DNA of 62,716 bases, counting the filler, from Stramenopiles sp. TOSAG23-6 (Eukaryota): the NCBI GenBank assembly GCA_900128565.1. It is 20 parts of 20 records of this genome, joined end to end, with 100 filler letters (N's around TTAATTAATTAA, not from the genome) between each part and the next. Parts side by side here need not be neighbours in the genome. Positions count along the whole stretch, not along the records: positions 37,753 to 40,790 come from LT637687.1; positions 40,891 to 43,928 come from LT637688.1; positions 44,029 to 47,064 come from LT637689.1; positions 47,165 to 50,198 come from LT637690.1; positions 50,299 to 53,329 come from LT637691.1; 15 more parts are not named here. One strand, written 5' to 3'. The notes below the pieces were generated by a model. It had not been told where the DNA came from and made no database searches. It saw nothing but the letters and a program-made list of their open reading frames with translations. The number at the start of each line of letters is the position of its first letter. The first letter of the stretch is position 1. This document shows positions 37,753-50,359 of this stretch, in pieces. Position numbers and translations under genes: made by a program.

Positions 37753-39650
37753 CTAAATCATCACCTCCTCGAATTATTTCTGGATTGATGCCAAAATGAT
37801 TTGAATCTTCAAAAGTTAATTTTCGTTGAATATTTTGAGTTTTTTTGTTTTGTGTTTTTTGAAATGTTTCTTTTTCCTTTCTCTTTGATAATGTTCCAAT
37901 ATTTAAACGCTGTCGAGTCTTTTGAACTGCACCCCTAAAAATTTGTTTTTTATTCAAATATTGCCATCGATCACGAGCACTGCCATTAACCCACTTTTTA
38001 GATTTTGAATTATTTATATATTGAACCATATTTGCTACGGCTGCCGCTTGCTTCTCTGCTTTATTTAGTAAACGTGTACTTCGACCTGTTGTAGTTCTCC
38101 ATTTTGCACTTAAATGTCCAAAATCATTTGCCGTTTTTTCTTGTATTTCAATAAACGTGTTTAATTTCTCTTGCATTGCATCAAGTGAATCATCTTTATG
38201 CATTCTCAAATCACTTGGGTAAAAAATTTCCAAATCATCATGAACCACTTTATGNTCATTTTTTCTTGTATCTTGTGCTCTAGGACTACTCCTTCGTTTT
38301 GGTGATTTTGGTGATTTTGATCGTTTTTTCCCACTTCGAGGTAACGGGCTTCGAATTCTTTTCTTTTGTGCNGTTGGNGANATTCCAGTGCCACCAATCG
38401 AACCATAAAAATCACTTCCNTTACCAGGTTCACTTCTATGATTAGGACTGAATAGACGTTTACCTTGTTGTGCTATATGCATTTGTCTGTGAGATGGACT
38501 TTGAGAATGACGACTTCGGCTTCGTGGACGTTGAATCATATTTCGTTGAATATTTGATGGTGAACGAGAAGATGAATTTCGGTGTCGTGAATTTCGTGTT
38601 GGTGATTTGGAAGGNGATCGACCATTTCGTGATTTTCGTGATCCCTTACTTGTTGTTGAATGACTATTCCGTGGACTAAATGCTGATGCAGCTGCAGCAT
38701 TTTGAATAATTTCCATTGCTCTNGTATCGTTNCTCAATTGTCTCGCTTTTCTTGGCGACATTGAACCAACAATTGCATCGTCAATGGATGTCGAATAGTT
38801 CAAACCATTTTTTTGTTCAAATGTNGGTGGTGGTGGGATATCATTNACATTTTCAGTTTCATCATAGTAAGCAGATCCAAGACTATGTTTGCTGCCACTT
38901 CTTNTAAGACCTGGAATTGAATTTTGAAATTGTTTTTCCCGTTGGTTTAATTCTTTATCAAAGTCATCTGGAGCTTCTNCTATTTCATAATCTACTTCAG
39001 TTCTACAGTTCAAAGAGTTGGATATATTGTGAAGTATATGAATTGTATNGATNAAAAGGTTAGGAATGCANTTTTTGTACAGTTTCAATCAAAAAAAAAA
39101 TCAAAAAAAATCAAAAAAAAATCAAAAAAAATCAAAATTGAATTTCAAAATTGAATTTCAAAATTGAAAACGTACATGAAATTGTTCTCGTTAATCCTCT
39201 TCGTATTGGTGAACTTCTAGGAGAAACTTTGGGTGAATATCGCATATTAGTATTACGATTCGTATGGGGGGAATAGCAATCATGTTTTGGNCTATTTGTT
39301 GTAGTAGAGTTTGCATATATNTCNTTAACTCGATGTGGTGANTTACTACTCGGAGAAAAAAGAGGCCTAGATGTTGAATTAGACGTACGATAATTTCTCC
39401 TTGAGTTAGAGTTAGCTTTTGCGCTTGGTGAATTTGAACGACTTAAGTGTTCACTATATGATGTAAGTACACTGATGGGTGTTTCTTCCAACTCAGACTC
39501 AGTTTCTTCTTCCTCTTCCTCTTCGGAATATCGAGAACCTAACTCAAGTAGACTTGACGGTCTTTTTGATATTTTGTTTTGAATCACTGTTGACGCATGC
39601 TCTGCAGCATATTCTGTAGAATTTATTGGAGATGTCCCACCAGAACTCAT
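37753..39650 (-). CDS. low-complexity Ser/Arg/Pro-rich hypothetical protein, spliced, 3' partial
   Basis: Two long ORFs separated by a GTACGT-initiated T-rich intron; many ambiguous bases. Confidence 0.55.
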
Positions 39651-39957
39651 ATTGTTACTGTACTTAAGTTACAGTAATATTATATGAGAGTTCAAGGATG
39701 AGTTCAACTCTTGTATTTGTATTTGTATTGTATGATATTTGTGTTAAAATCTTTTTTTTTTCCATGGGTCCCAAACCAAACCGTTTTTTTTTGTAACGTC
39801 CAAAACATCGTTACCCGGGTCCCAGACCAAACCAAAACTTTTCGCTTATTTTGGATTATATTTTGTTTTCAAAGAATGAAATCGTCTTTTATATATACTC
39901 TTGAATATCAACCAGTTTTTAGAAAAGGACAACAATTAACACATATTATTTATATTC

Positions 39958-40506
39958 ATGCGGCGTATTCTTGACTTTATTAAAGAACCACTTAAAAAAA
40001 GAATACTTTTCCTGCGGCGCGTCGCTCTATTTTGCTTGAGAGGTCGTTTCTATGACGATGCAGTTGCATTTTTAGAAGACGAGAATCGTCGACAAGAATT
40101 TAGTCCACAGTGGAGTGAAACAAAAATAACACATACAAATCCAATGAAAAATGCAATACTAGTAGAAGAAAAAACAAAAAAGTATCAAGAAATATCTGAA
40201 CATAAACTTTGTTATACAACGATACATAATGAGTTTTGTGGGATATTTGAAAAAAAGTTGGAACATTTTATCATAAATGAAGGATATACTATTAAATCTT
40301 TATACAAATATCTAAAAATGTCAAAACAATATGATGCCTCAACTAGTCAAGTTTTAGAAGTATTTTTAAGTGTTTTTGAATATCAAATATTTCATGATCT
40401 AATGTCATCAAAGGAGAAATTGTTATATTGGAAAGGTATCATGAGAGGATTTAGTAGGGAAGTAGAAAATATGACTGAAGACGTTTACTTAAAGTATGGT
40501 AAATAG
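39958..40506 (+). CDS. BART (ARL2-binding / CFAP36-like) domain protein
   Basis: EHKLCYTTIHNEFCGIFEKKLEHFI..EG...Y..F..LM. Confidence 0.7.
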   Translation: MRRILDFIKEPLKKRILFLRRVALFCLRGRFYDDAVAFLEDENRRQEFSPQWSETKITHTNPMKNAILVEEKTKKYQEISEHKLCYTTIHNEFCGIFEKKLEHFIINEGYTIKSLYKYLKMSKQYDASTSQVLEVFLSVFEYQIFHDLMSSKEKLLYWKGIMRGFSREVENMTEDVYLKYGK

Positions 40507-40584
40507 TTAGTACTAGTAATAATACAAATAGTTTAATGATGTATACACGACAAAAAAAAACAAAAAAAACAAAAAAAAGTAACA

Positions 40585-40622
<38 letters not shown>

Positions 40623-40930
40623 AAAAATTTTTTTTTTTTTAAGTAAAAAAATTCCGAAAAAAAAAAAAAAAAAAAAAAAATATATATATAATTTTGAAAA
40701 CGTACATATACGATAATTGTACAATAAATTCTTTTGAATTGTTTTCACTTTCAATAGTATGTATACGANTCACAGGGATTCGATCAACAANNNNNNNNNN
40801 NNNNNNNNNNNNNNNNNNNNNNNNNNNNNNNNNNTTAATTAATTAANNNNNNNNNNNNNNNNNNNNNNNNNNNNNNNNNNNNNNNNNNNNCAAAAAAATT
40901 ACAAAAAAAAAAAAAAAAATCACAATACAT

Positions 40931-42223
40931 GTACGTCTTGGATCGTTACTTTTATTTCTTCGAAAAATGAAAAATATTTCATTATTTAAAGTAAAAAGAA
41001 ATGGAAATTGTTTTCAACAGATGTGGCAATATTGTTTTGCCAAAAGATATACAAATTTAAATCAAGGAAGAAGAGGAAAACAAAAAGGAAGAGCTAAAAA
41101 AAAGGCTAAAAAACAAAAAGCTCGAAAAACATCTTTTTATAATATCGATAAAAAAAAATTGAAATTATAAAAATATGGCAAATACTGATAGTATTGANNN
41201 NNNNNNNNNNNNNNNNNNNNNNNNNNNNNNNNNNNNNNNNNNNNNNNNNNNNNNNNNNNNNNNNNNNNNNNNNNNNNNNNNNNNNNNNNNNNNNNNNNNN
41301 NNNNNNNNNNNNNNNNNNNNNNNNNNNNNNNNNNNNNNAAATCGATAAAAAAAACAAACATGAAAATAAAATCGATAAAAAAAAACAAACATATCAATAA
41401 TAGCGATAAAAAAACGAAACATGAAACAAAAAATGTTTTCAAATCAGCATCACAAGTTGCATCTGCAGTTGCTTCAAGCTCAGCAAAAACAGCTTTAAGA
41501 GCTTCTCTTCGAGCTTCGTCTTTTGTATGTAAAGCTTTTAAAGTTAAACAACAAAATGTATCAAAATCAATTTCAAAAGCTGCAAAATGTGCATATTACG
41601 CAAGTGCAGCTGCAGCATCATATGAAGCAATAACTATATCATCTGTCGTTGATGTATGTTTTCGTCGTGTTCAAATTTATTTTTTTTCAAATTTGTCTTT
41701 TCAAATTTTTAAATGTTTTTTTTTTCAAACAATAATTCGAAGCTAACAAATTTCAAACAAAAATATATTTTTTCACGCTATATGCACAAGAAAACAAAAC
41801 AAATATGCTATTGCTTCAAGAGAGAATACTAATGAAAAAAAATAAAGCACTTTACTCTAGGGGCATGCAACAAAATCAACAAAATCAACAAAATCAACAA
41901 TCAAAAGACAAAAAACGTCTGTGAAATTTGGTTCAGATTTGAATGTTGAAAATACATTTCAGCAGTCATCTAAAACACATTGTAATATTCCAAAGGCATT
42001 TATATGTCCAATATCTGGCAAAATTTTTGAAGACCCGGTCATGCTCATTGGTGATGGAATATCGTATGAACGGACTGCGTTGCATAAGTGGTTTTCAGCA
42101 ACGAATCGTTGCCCAAGTTCATATGTGGAATTGAATAAGAGTCAACGGGAAATTCTGAATAATGTTGGTTTGAAACGAATTGTTTCTGCATGGAAGCAGA
42201 ATAATCCTAATTATTATGTTTAA
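40931..42223 (+). CDS. protein with C-terminal U-box, partial; exon structure uncertain
   Basis: IPKAFICPISGKIFEDPV..GDGISYER..L..W.....CP at 41921-42223; the upstream frame join is unresolved. Confidence 0.65.
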
Positions 42224-42716
42224 AATAAACAAATGATGTAAGATATATTCAGTAAGTATAGTACACCAAACCAAAGACACACTACTATTATTTTGTTAAT
42301 ATTCGGCTAACTTAATAAAGGTTGAAAGGGATCTTGAAAGGTCAAGAATGGTGCATGAACTTGAAATGAAAACAATGTAACTTGAATTGGAAAGGCTTAA
42401 GCAAGAGAGACCGTCAAAAATGGCGGAATTACAGGAGAAATTAAAACTACGCAAGGGTTCACAGGATAATGTCAATAGGGAATGGTGGGATGGACTTCTC
42501 GAATGATTTTGAGGATAATTAATGACAATTCTATATACGATAAGGTTGCAGATTACGTATTCTACCAAGGGAATAGTTACTATTCCCTTGATTCTTACAA
42601 GGCGAGGCTGAAAATGTTTATGAGACGAAATGCGAAGAATAAATATATAGCATTTTCTTCTTGATGAATGCAAAGTCAAGTCAAAAAGTACTTGCACCCT
42701 GTAAAATTAGTATTTA

Positions 42717-43410
42717 TTACCGGCTACTTTGTGTTTTAGATTTAGATTTTCCGCCTTGCATCGCATGTTCTGTCAACATAGCGTACGTGTAGCTCCGTTG
42801 GTCGGAGTTGTTGCTACTCAATGTGTTAGCAAACCTGTGGGCCTCATCTTGCAGTTTTTGCATTCCTTGACCCGGATTGAGGCATTCGGGGACTTTACCC
42901 GTAGCATACTCCCACGCCTTCTTGCACAAATGTCTTTCTTCTATTTCTTTTGCTGTCTTGGCATTATTCAATCTTGTGTTTGCTGCTGCTTCTGCTGTAC
43001 TGGCCAGATTCAACCTTGTGTTTGCTGCTGCTTCTACTCTTGCTGCTTCTTCTTTTGCTGTCTTNNNNNNNNNNNNNNNNNNNNNNNNNNNNNNNNNNNN
43101 NNNNNNNNNNNNNNNNNNNNNNNNNNNNNNNNNNNNNNNNNNNNNNNNNNNNNNNNNNNNNNNNNNNNNNNNNNNNNNNNNNNNNNNNNNNNNNNNNNNN
43201 NNNNNNNNNNNNNNNNNNNNNNNNATACTTCGTTGCCGCTGTATTCAACAGAATTTGCGCATTGTCTATTTTCTCACCTTGCGAGATTCCTTGCGCGAGT
43301 TGTTTCAGCCAGTTAGAAGTAAAAGCGTCTCCCCCAGCGTGTCCCAAAACGTTGGTTATTGCGAGTCCTGCAAACAGGATTGCTTTGGAAATTTTGCTCA
43401 TGTTTACCAT
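42717..43410 (-). CDS. putative secreted protein with Ala-rich tandem repeats (N gap inside)
   Basis: Signal-like MSKISKAILFAGLAITNVLG; 14-aa repeat TAEAAANTRLN. Confidence 0.5.
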
Positions 43411-44080
43411 TTTGAAATTGCTTTTTGTAAGAGTTTAGAGATTGGATTGTTGTATACCGTATAGTAGACACCAAGTTGGGTACCAGTACCTACGGGTAGT
43501 GATTGGCAAAATGTAACGGCATTCTTATAGGCTCTAACTTTCAAACGAGTTTATGCTAATTTCCGTTTTTTCAGAATTGCTTGAAAATTTCAGCTGTGAA
43601 AGTTATAGCCTATCATTCTTATGAACCAGAAATTTCACGGAATTCATGAAAATTTCAATGAAATTTTCAATGGAAAATGAGAATTTCCATTAGGTGTACT
43701 AGCTAATAGGATCATGTTGAAGGTTAAGGTTTGGGTTAATTATTTTTGCTTATTTTTGCATCACCCTTTCAAAAAGAGGGGAACCATCATTTTCACATTA
43801 AAGGAATAAAGCAATGAACCAACTAAGTACAATTGATGATGACAATATATTTGTTTAGACTATTGTGAGTCTTTAATATTTCATTCTAATGCATTATTAC
43901 ATCATTAATGCAAGGGGAAAGTAGGTTANNNNNNNNNNNNNNNNNNNNNNNNNNNNNNNNNNNNNNNNNNNNTTAATTAATTAANNNNNNNNNNNNNNNN
44001 NNNNNNNNNNNNNNNNNNNNNNNNNNNNTACAAATATTTGAATAATATATAATTCAGTACATATGGATATTTCAACATAC

Positions 44081-45749
44081 AATATTTTCAACTTTATTAG
44101 TTTATTAAACTCTGAAGGTAAAGTCGTTATTTGCGTGTTGCTGATATCTCAAGAATATAAGGAAATATACACAAAACAAAGATTATATGAGTAATAAAAT
44201 ATATAAATGTTTGCAAGTATATAATTCAGTAAATATTTCAACATACAATGTTTCCAAATTTGTTAGGCTGCCAATCTGTGTAGGTAAAGACGTTATTCCC
44301 GTGTTGCTGCTGATATCTAATATTTCTAATTTTGCTAGGGTACCAATTTCTGGAGGTAAAGACGTTATTCCCGTGTTGCTGATATCTAATGTTTCCAACA
44401 TTGTTAGTTTACCAATGTCAGTAGGAATTGAACTAAGATTGTTGTCACTAAAAAACCAGTACTTTCAAGTTTGTTAATAAACCAATATTTCCCATTGTCT
44501 TGAAATCATTACTGCTCAAATCTAATTGTGTCATCAAATCACCGAAACTCCACAAATAATTGACCCGCTTTTGAGTCAAGAAACTGTCTGTATAATTTAT
44601 TGATAATTCATGACTATTGCTAAAATGGATAAATTCGTCCAAGTTATTTGATGTTATAGGGCTCCATAGTGTACTAGTAGTATTATAATAATCAATTTGC
44701 ATATTCATTCTAGTATCCTCTCCAGCATTTAGAAATTTCTGATATAACTTGTTAAACAAATCCTCCCATTTTTGTTGTGGAACGCAGAAATGTTCCCATT
44801 TTGCACTAGGCAAACAAGTCTGAAAACTATCATACCCGACTTCACATTTAGTTCCATTTCGAGGAGAAGATGCACACGTGGTGTAAGTGACTGCGGAGTT
44901 TGCACATGTGGTGTTATCAGATAGTGTGCCACAATATTTTTTTATTTTGGTACATGGTGTTGTCACTTTCCATTTTTTGTCAAGACCACACCCAGCTTTC
45001 CCTCCACTGTATCCTGTTGCACATGAAACGTCACATGTTCCCAAAACTTTTACTTGACCACAATTGCTTCCCTTTATATAGTTTGACGCAGTCGTTGATG
45101 ATACAAGTGGACCGTTACAATAAAAATCCCCAGGGGAACACTCACGCTCTACGGTCCACTGTTCATCACTACCGCATAACAATTTACCATAGTAATATCC
45201 TTCATTACATATTAATGGACACGTCATATTCACTTCTGTAAAATTACAATCGTCTGATTTTGTATATTTTGATGGAACTGGCGAATTTTTACAATAGCCT
45301 GTATAGGGAAAGCAGTCACTCCAAACTTTACCATTCCAGTAAGGAGTCCCGATATAGCCTGTGTTCTCAGCACACCTACACTTTGATGTAGTTTTACCAT
45401 CTATGAGTTCGTCTTTGACTATTTGACCTGTAGCATTACAAGACTTTAAAGCATATGCTTCAGATGCTACATTTTCGGTTTCTACGGTGTATACATGTGT
45501 TACAAGTACTGCTGAAATACTAAATAGAAACATAGCAAGGACCATAATACTTATCACTACGACTTGCAATGTTAATTTCCGTTCACTTTCAAATTGAGTA
45601 ATCATTTGGGAGGATTTTCTCTTCCTTTTTTTCTTTCTTGAACGAGATGTTTTTCTTTGCGTCAAAGTATTTTCCTGGATGGGTTCAGAAATTTCTGTGT
45701 CTAGTTTCGTGTCAATTTTCGTATCTAGCTTCGTGTCCATGTCCATAGT
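44081..45749 (-). CDS. type II membrane protein with Cys-rich modules and C-terminal leucine-rich repeats, 3' partial
   Basis: Single TM near aa 65-85, Cys modules, LRRs LxxLDISNTGITSLPxEIGxL; a +1 T-homopolymer frameshift near 44450. Confidence 0.75.
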
Positions 45750-46311
45750 AAATGCCACGTAACTTTAATATTCAACTACGTTTTATGATTAAATTGTGAT
45801 CAGTTGTACATAAAAATTTCCTACAACAATGGAGTAAATACGAGAAGATATATAATAAAATCAAGTTATGTAGATTATGTCTTTTCTTTTGGAGAGAAGA
45901 AATTCTGGAAAGAAATTCTAACCAAGTGTAAGGACTTAGAGAGCTCAGAGGAGGAGCAACCTTTTTTTGTTTCTATCGCGCATGTTTAAATTTTTTTTTG
46001 ATGTGTGTGTGATGTCCTTCTTTTTTGTCAAACATTAAAAATGTAATGACGTCATACTAACACTAGTATAAAATTTCCATATATAAAAATTTTAATAGTC
46101 AGCATAATCTTGACACAAAAGTTCGAAAGAGAGAGAGAGAGATGTAGAGAGAATGTCTCATCTTATTTTACGTAGTACTAGGACCTATAGCTATATAGTA
46201 CACTAGCTAGTAGAATCTAATTATGTATAGTTAAACAGAAATTGTTTGTAACCAAATTTACCTGTATTGATTATACAACAAGAGTTTATACATCTCAATT
46301 TGAAAAGCAGT

Positions 46312-46765
46312 ATGATGTCAGATTATCTTCCTGTATCTCAGCGTGATTCAAAAGATGTTGACGTAAAATTGGAGGGTCACTGCGTCCTCGATCGCATAGC
46401 TTCACTCCAGCGTACTCTTGGTTTCATTTTTATCGTTTTTATACACAATGTATTTATCCTTCGTATCCAATATTGGATGTTGTTCATTGTGAGTAATTCA
46501 TTGATTGTATCTGCCGCTGTGTGTATCTTTTTTGCTGGAACAATATCACCTGGTACACGTGAGGAATGGAATAGCCATGTCCTCAAAACGAGTACAACCG
46601 ATACAACCGATAAACGCCTTGTTGTCTCCACACATTCAAAGGATATTGAGAATACTATTGGAAACAGTGAATATGCAAGGGAAAACAATTGGAAACACAA
46701 TTGCGACAAATGTAACCAACAAACGAGACCTAAGCGAGCTCATCACTGTCGGATTTGTGACACTT
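46312..46765 (+). CDS. DHHC palmitoyltransferase, first exon
   Basis: Two TM helices, SPG, then CDKCNQQTRPKRAHHCRICDTC. Confidence 0.85.
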
Positions 46766-46879
46766 GTATGTTTTTTGTAGGGTTTTTTTCAATTTTTTTT
46801 TTTTTTTTTTATAGTAAATTTTTTACCTAACAAAAAAAAAAAAAAAAAAAATTAAAAAAAATATTTTCTAAAAATACAT

Positions 46880-47030
46880 GCTATTCAATTGAGTGGTACA
46901 TTTCAATACTGTGTTCGATTGTCAGCATATGTGGAAACCATGATGACGTCATTTGAAAGAATTGTTCAATATGAAAATCTCCCATCGGAACCTGGTTTAC
47001 AATTACAATTGACAAAACACGAAAAAACGA
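46880..47030 (+). CDS. exon of an ABCC/MRP-type ABC transporter
   Basis: AIQLSGTFQYCVRLSAYVETMMTSFERIVQYENLPSE, the end of ABCC TMD2 (…E..M.S.ER..Y). Confidence 0.75.
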
Positions 47031-47164
47031 AAAAAAAAAAAAAAAAAAAAAAATTGAAAAAATTNNNNNNNNNNNNNNNNNNNNNNNNNNNNNNNNNNNN
47101 NNNNNNNNTTAATTAATTAANNNNNNNNNNNNNNNNNNNNNNNNNNNNNNNNNNNNNNNNNNNN

Positions 47165-47851
47165 CACAAATTGCATCTATTCCAATATCACCAATGTAAC
47201 ACGAATGTACGTCTAAAAATTGAATGTAGGGTTAGGGTTATAAAAGAAAAATTATATTTTAAATTTGTTAGGTACAAAATTTCGTACGAAAAAAAAAAAA
47301 AAATTCTGAAATATTTTGAATTGAATAAAACGCAAAACACTAATGAATAGAACAACGTACAGAGACTTATTTTCAGTTAAGAATTGGCTCAAGGCAACTG
47401 CACCATCATCAAGAATTGCATTTGCACTTAAATCTAAAGTTAACAATGTTGAGTTACGTGAAAGAGCTTTTGCAATATATTGAGTACCAATATTCGTAAT
47501 TGAGTTACAACTTAAATCAAGTTGTGTAATAGTTGTGTTGCATTGTAAACCTTCAACCAGAGCATTTATATGAGTACCAAGACCTTTAAAAGAAAATGAA
47601 GCAATCGATGACGATTTGTTATTCTCTTGTAACAAACGTATACAATCCTCCCATGTTTCAGGTTTTATTGTTTTTGTTGTTTTTGTTGTTTTTGTTGTTT
47701 TTGTTGTTTTTGTTGTTTTTGTTGATGTCCCGTTTGATGTCAAACTATTGTCCTGATTTTTTTCATCAAACTGCCTTGAAGAAAATGATTTTTCCTTTGA
47801 CTTTACCTTTGACTTTGATTTATTAAGAAAACCTCTTTTAAAACCAGACAT
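47165..47851 (-). CDS. RNI-like (NLRC3-type) leucine-rich repeat protein, 3' partial
   Basis: NTTITQLDLSCNSITNIG, NSTLLTLDLSANAILDDG, spliced NKSLQFLDVHSCYIGDIG. Confidence 0.85.
47224..47360 (-). other. GT-AT intron (family member)
   Basis: TCT CT|GTACG...TTCGTACGAAATTTTGTACCTAAC...CCCTACAT|T CAA restores the LRR consensus NxSLxxL. Confidence 0.8.
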
Positions 47852-48295
47852 GATTGTACAGCTTTATAGTACGTGCAGTGTGTTATAAATATGAAGTGCC
47901 AAGCTAGACAGAATGTAAGTCGTAATTATTGTTGTGTGTCAGGGTACGACTAGTTATCCACAACAGTCGCAGACTCTATGTGTTTATAATGTATTGTACA
48001 GAACAAGTAATGAGTTAATGGATAATTATGAATTCAATGTCTGGTCATTCACCAATCGTATTCGTAGCATCAATAAATAACAATGGATTTGTTGAGAAAT
48101 CGAAATTTATTACATACAGTTGTTTGTGTCAAAAAAGTTTTTCATCTCTCTCGATCTCATCTCGGACAAACCTGTTTAGTACGTACTATACTATACTAAA
48201 GAAAGTCAGTTCTTTTTGACTCATCCCCCAAACGACAAAAGAGTAAACGTGTGAAAATTTACTTAGAAACTAAAAGTTGCCGTCAACTTAATATA

Positions 48296-50066
48296 ATGGT
48301 TTCTGCTACAATACCTTCAGAGTTATCTGGATTTTCTCCCAATCGCGAGTTGTTTGCTTTGGTGACTTCTTCAAACCGTATTAAAATATGGGATACAGCA
48401 ACAGGTTCACTTAAAAGTGAGTTTGCAGAAGACAATCATTTACAGGTTCATGTCACGTCTTTTTGCTGGGGAACAACCACCACAACAACATCTTTAGAGA
48501 CGTCTAAGACTAAAAAAAAGTCACAAACATCACGCAAGAATAAGGCGACAAAGACATATATTGCCGTTGGTACATCTACAGGTGACGTCATTGTGTGGAA
48601 CGTTCAGAAAGGAGAACAGGTCTGCCGTTGTTCAGACAATGGCGCCGGGGGAACACAGCCCATTACTGATATTGCGTTTAATACAAAAGCATCCAAATTA
48701 TATTCATCAAACAAAGGTAAAGTTATCCATGAGTGGAGTATCCCAACCGGGAAGCTTATTCGTACTTTACAAGGACAAAAATATGGTACGACAAAACTAT
48801 CAGTCAGTCCAGATGGAACGAAACTGGTCATTGGGGGGGGAAATATTAAAATAATTGAAGTCTCGTCTGGTGAAGTTCAATGCTCAATGAAAGGTCATGG
48901 TTCTTCGCGTATATCTTGTTTATCATTTACACATGATTCACAATATATTGTATCCGCAGCTCAGAATGATCGTTTCATACTTGCTTGGAATATTAAAGAA
49001 GCAGAAGAAGCTCCTCATGCAACTCTTCATTCAACTGAGTCACAACTCATTCTCAAATCGTGTCCGATATCAATTGATATATCATTCTCACGTACAGTAG
49101 GGCAACAATGTCTTATTTCAGCAACTACTGTTAATGGAAGTGTATGTATTTGGGGTATGGATTCATTACATAACTCAGGTCAAGTGTATCCATCATCCGT
49201 TATATCTTCAAACAACATTGCTTCAAACAATGAAACCAAACAAATGAACAAAATGAAGAAAAACAATGACAAATCAGTTGAAAAAATGATACAAAAATCA
49301 TTACTTAATGATGGTGACATTGTCCGTTCATCATTTATCGTATCAAAACATAAACAACATACTGATTCAATCATTGTCGCAAGAGGATCGCCATCAGCTC
49401 CATTGTTTACAAAAGTCCCTATAACAAAAAACAATCAGTTAATTTCAGTCGAATTACCAAAAATCAACAAAACATCACTTTTTTTACAACCTACAAATTC
49501 AAACAATCTTAAAAATTCAACAACAACAANANATAATAATGTACATGTAATAACTGGTGCTGAATCAACATCATCTGGTGTTTTAAAAGCAATCAATAAA
49601 ATTGATGGAAAAACCAAATCAAATCAAAATTCACCAAAACGAAAACGAAATTCAACAAATGATGAAATTGTTGAAATTAATGAAAAAAATACAAAAAAAT
49701 ACAAAAAAATCCAAGGACAACAAAATTCACAGGAACACTTAACTAACCCTAACCCTAACACAAATACAACAAATAAATCATTGGAAGATTGTGCAAAAGA
49801 AGCAGCAAAAAGAGCAGCTCAACGGTTACAAAACATGACAGAATCTAACCCTAACCCTAATAACCCTAACCCTACTAACAACCCTAACCCTAATACAATG
49901 TGTTTGGATGCAGTGAAAGCAAATTCTTTAACAACAATGTTAGAACAAGGTTTACAAAGTGGAGATAATAATCTTATTGAAAATGTGTTAGTGGTACAAG
50001 ATTTGAAAATTATCGATGCAACTATTGATCAATTATCGATTTCGTGCATTGTACCATTACTTGAAT
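48296..50066 (+). CDS. WDR43: WD40 repeat protein WDR43/UTP5, 3' partial
   Basis: N-terminal WD40 repeats (RIKIWDTATG); C-terminal Utp12 domain SLTTMLEQGLQSGD..LIE.VL...I..TI. Confidence 0.8.
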
Positions 50067-50359
50067 GTAGGTTTTTTTTTTTTTTCAAAAAAAATTTTTT
50101 TTTTTTTTCAAAAAAATTTTTTTTCGTAGATAATTTTGTACCTAAGAAAAAAAATTCCAAATTTTTTTTTTTTTTTTTTTCCAAAATTTTTTTTTTTTNN
50201 NNNNNNNNNNNNNNNNNNNNNNNNNNNNNNNNNNNNNNNNNNTTAATTAATTAANNNNNNNNNNNNNNNNNNNNNNNNNNNNNNNNNNNNNNNNNNNNTT
50301 TTTTTCGTACGAAATTTTGTACCTAACGATTTTTTTTGAAATATTTTTTCAAACTACAT

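Noticed and set aside
42296-42697. 133-aa minus-strand ORF and fragmentary plus-strand coding-like sequence
   Set aside because: No recognisable domain, and the frames are broken; cannot be supported as a gene.
44445-44460. Programmed frameshift or premature stop in the LRR gene
   Set aside because: One extra base in a T6 homopolymer explains it; probable sequencing error.
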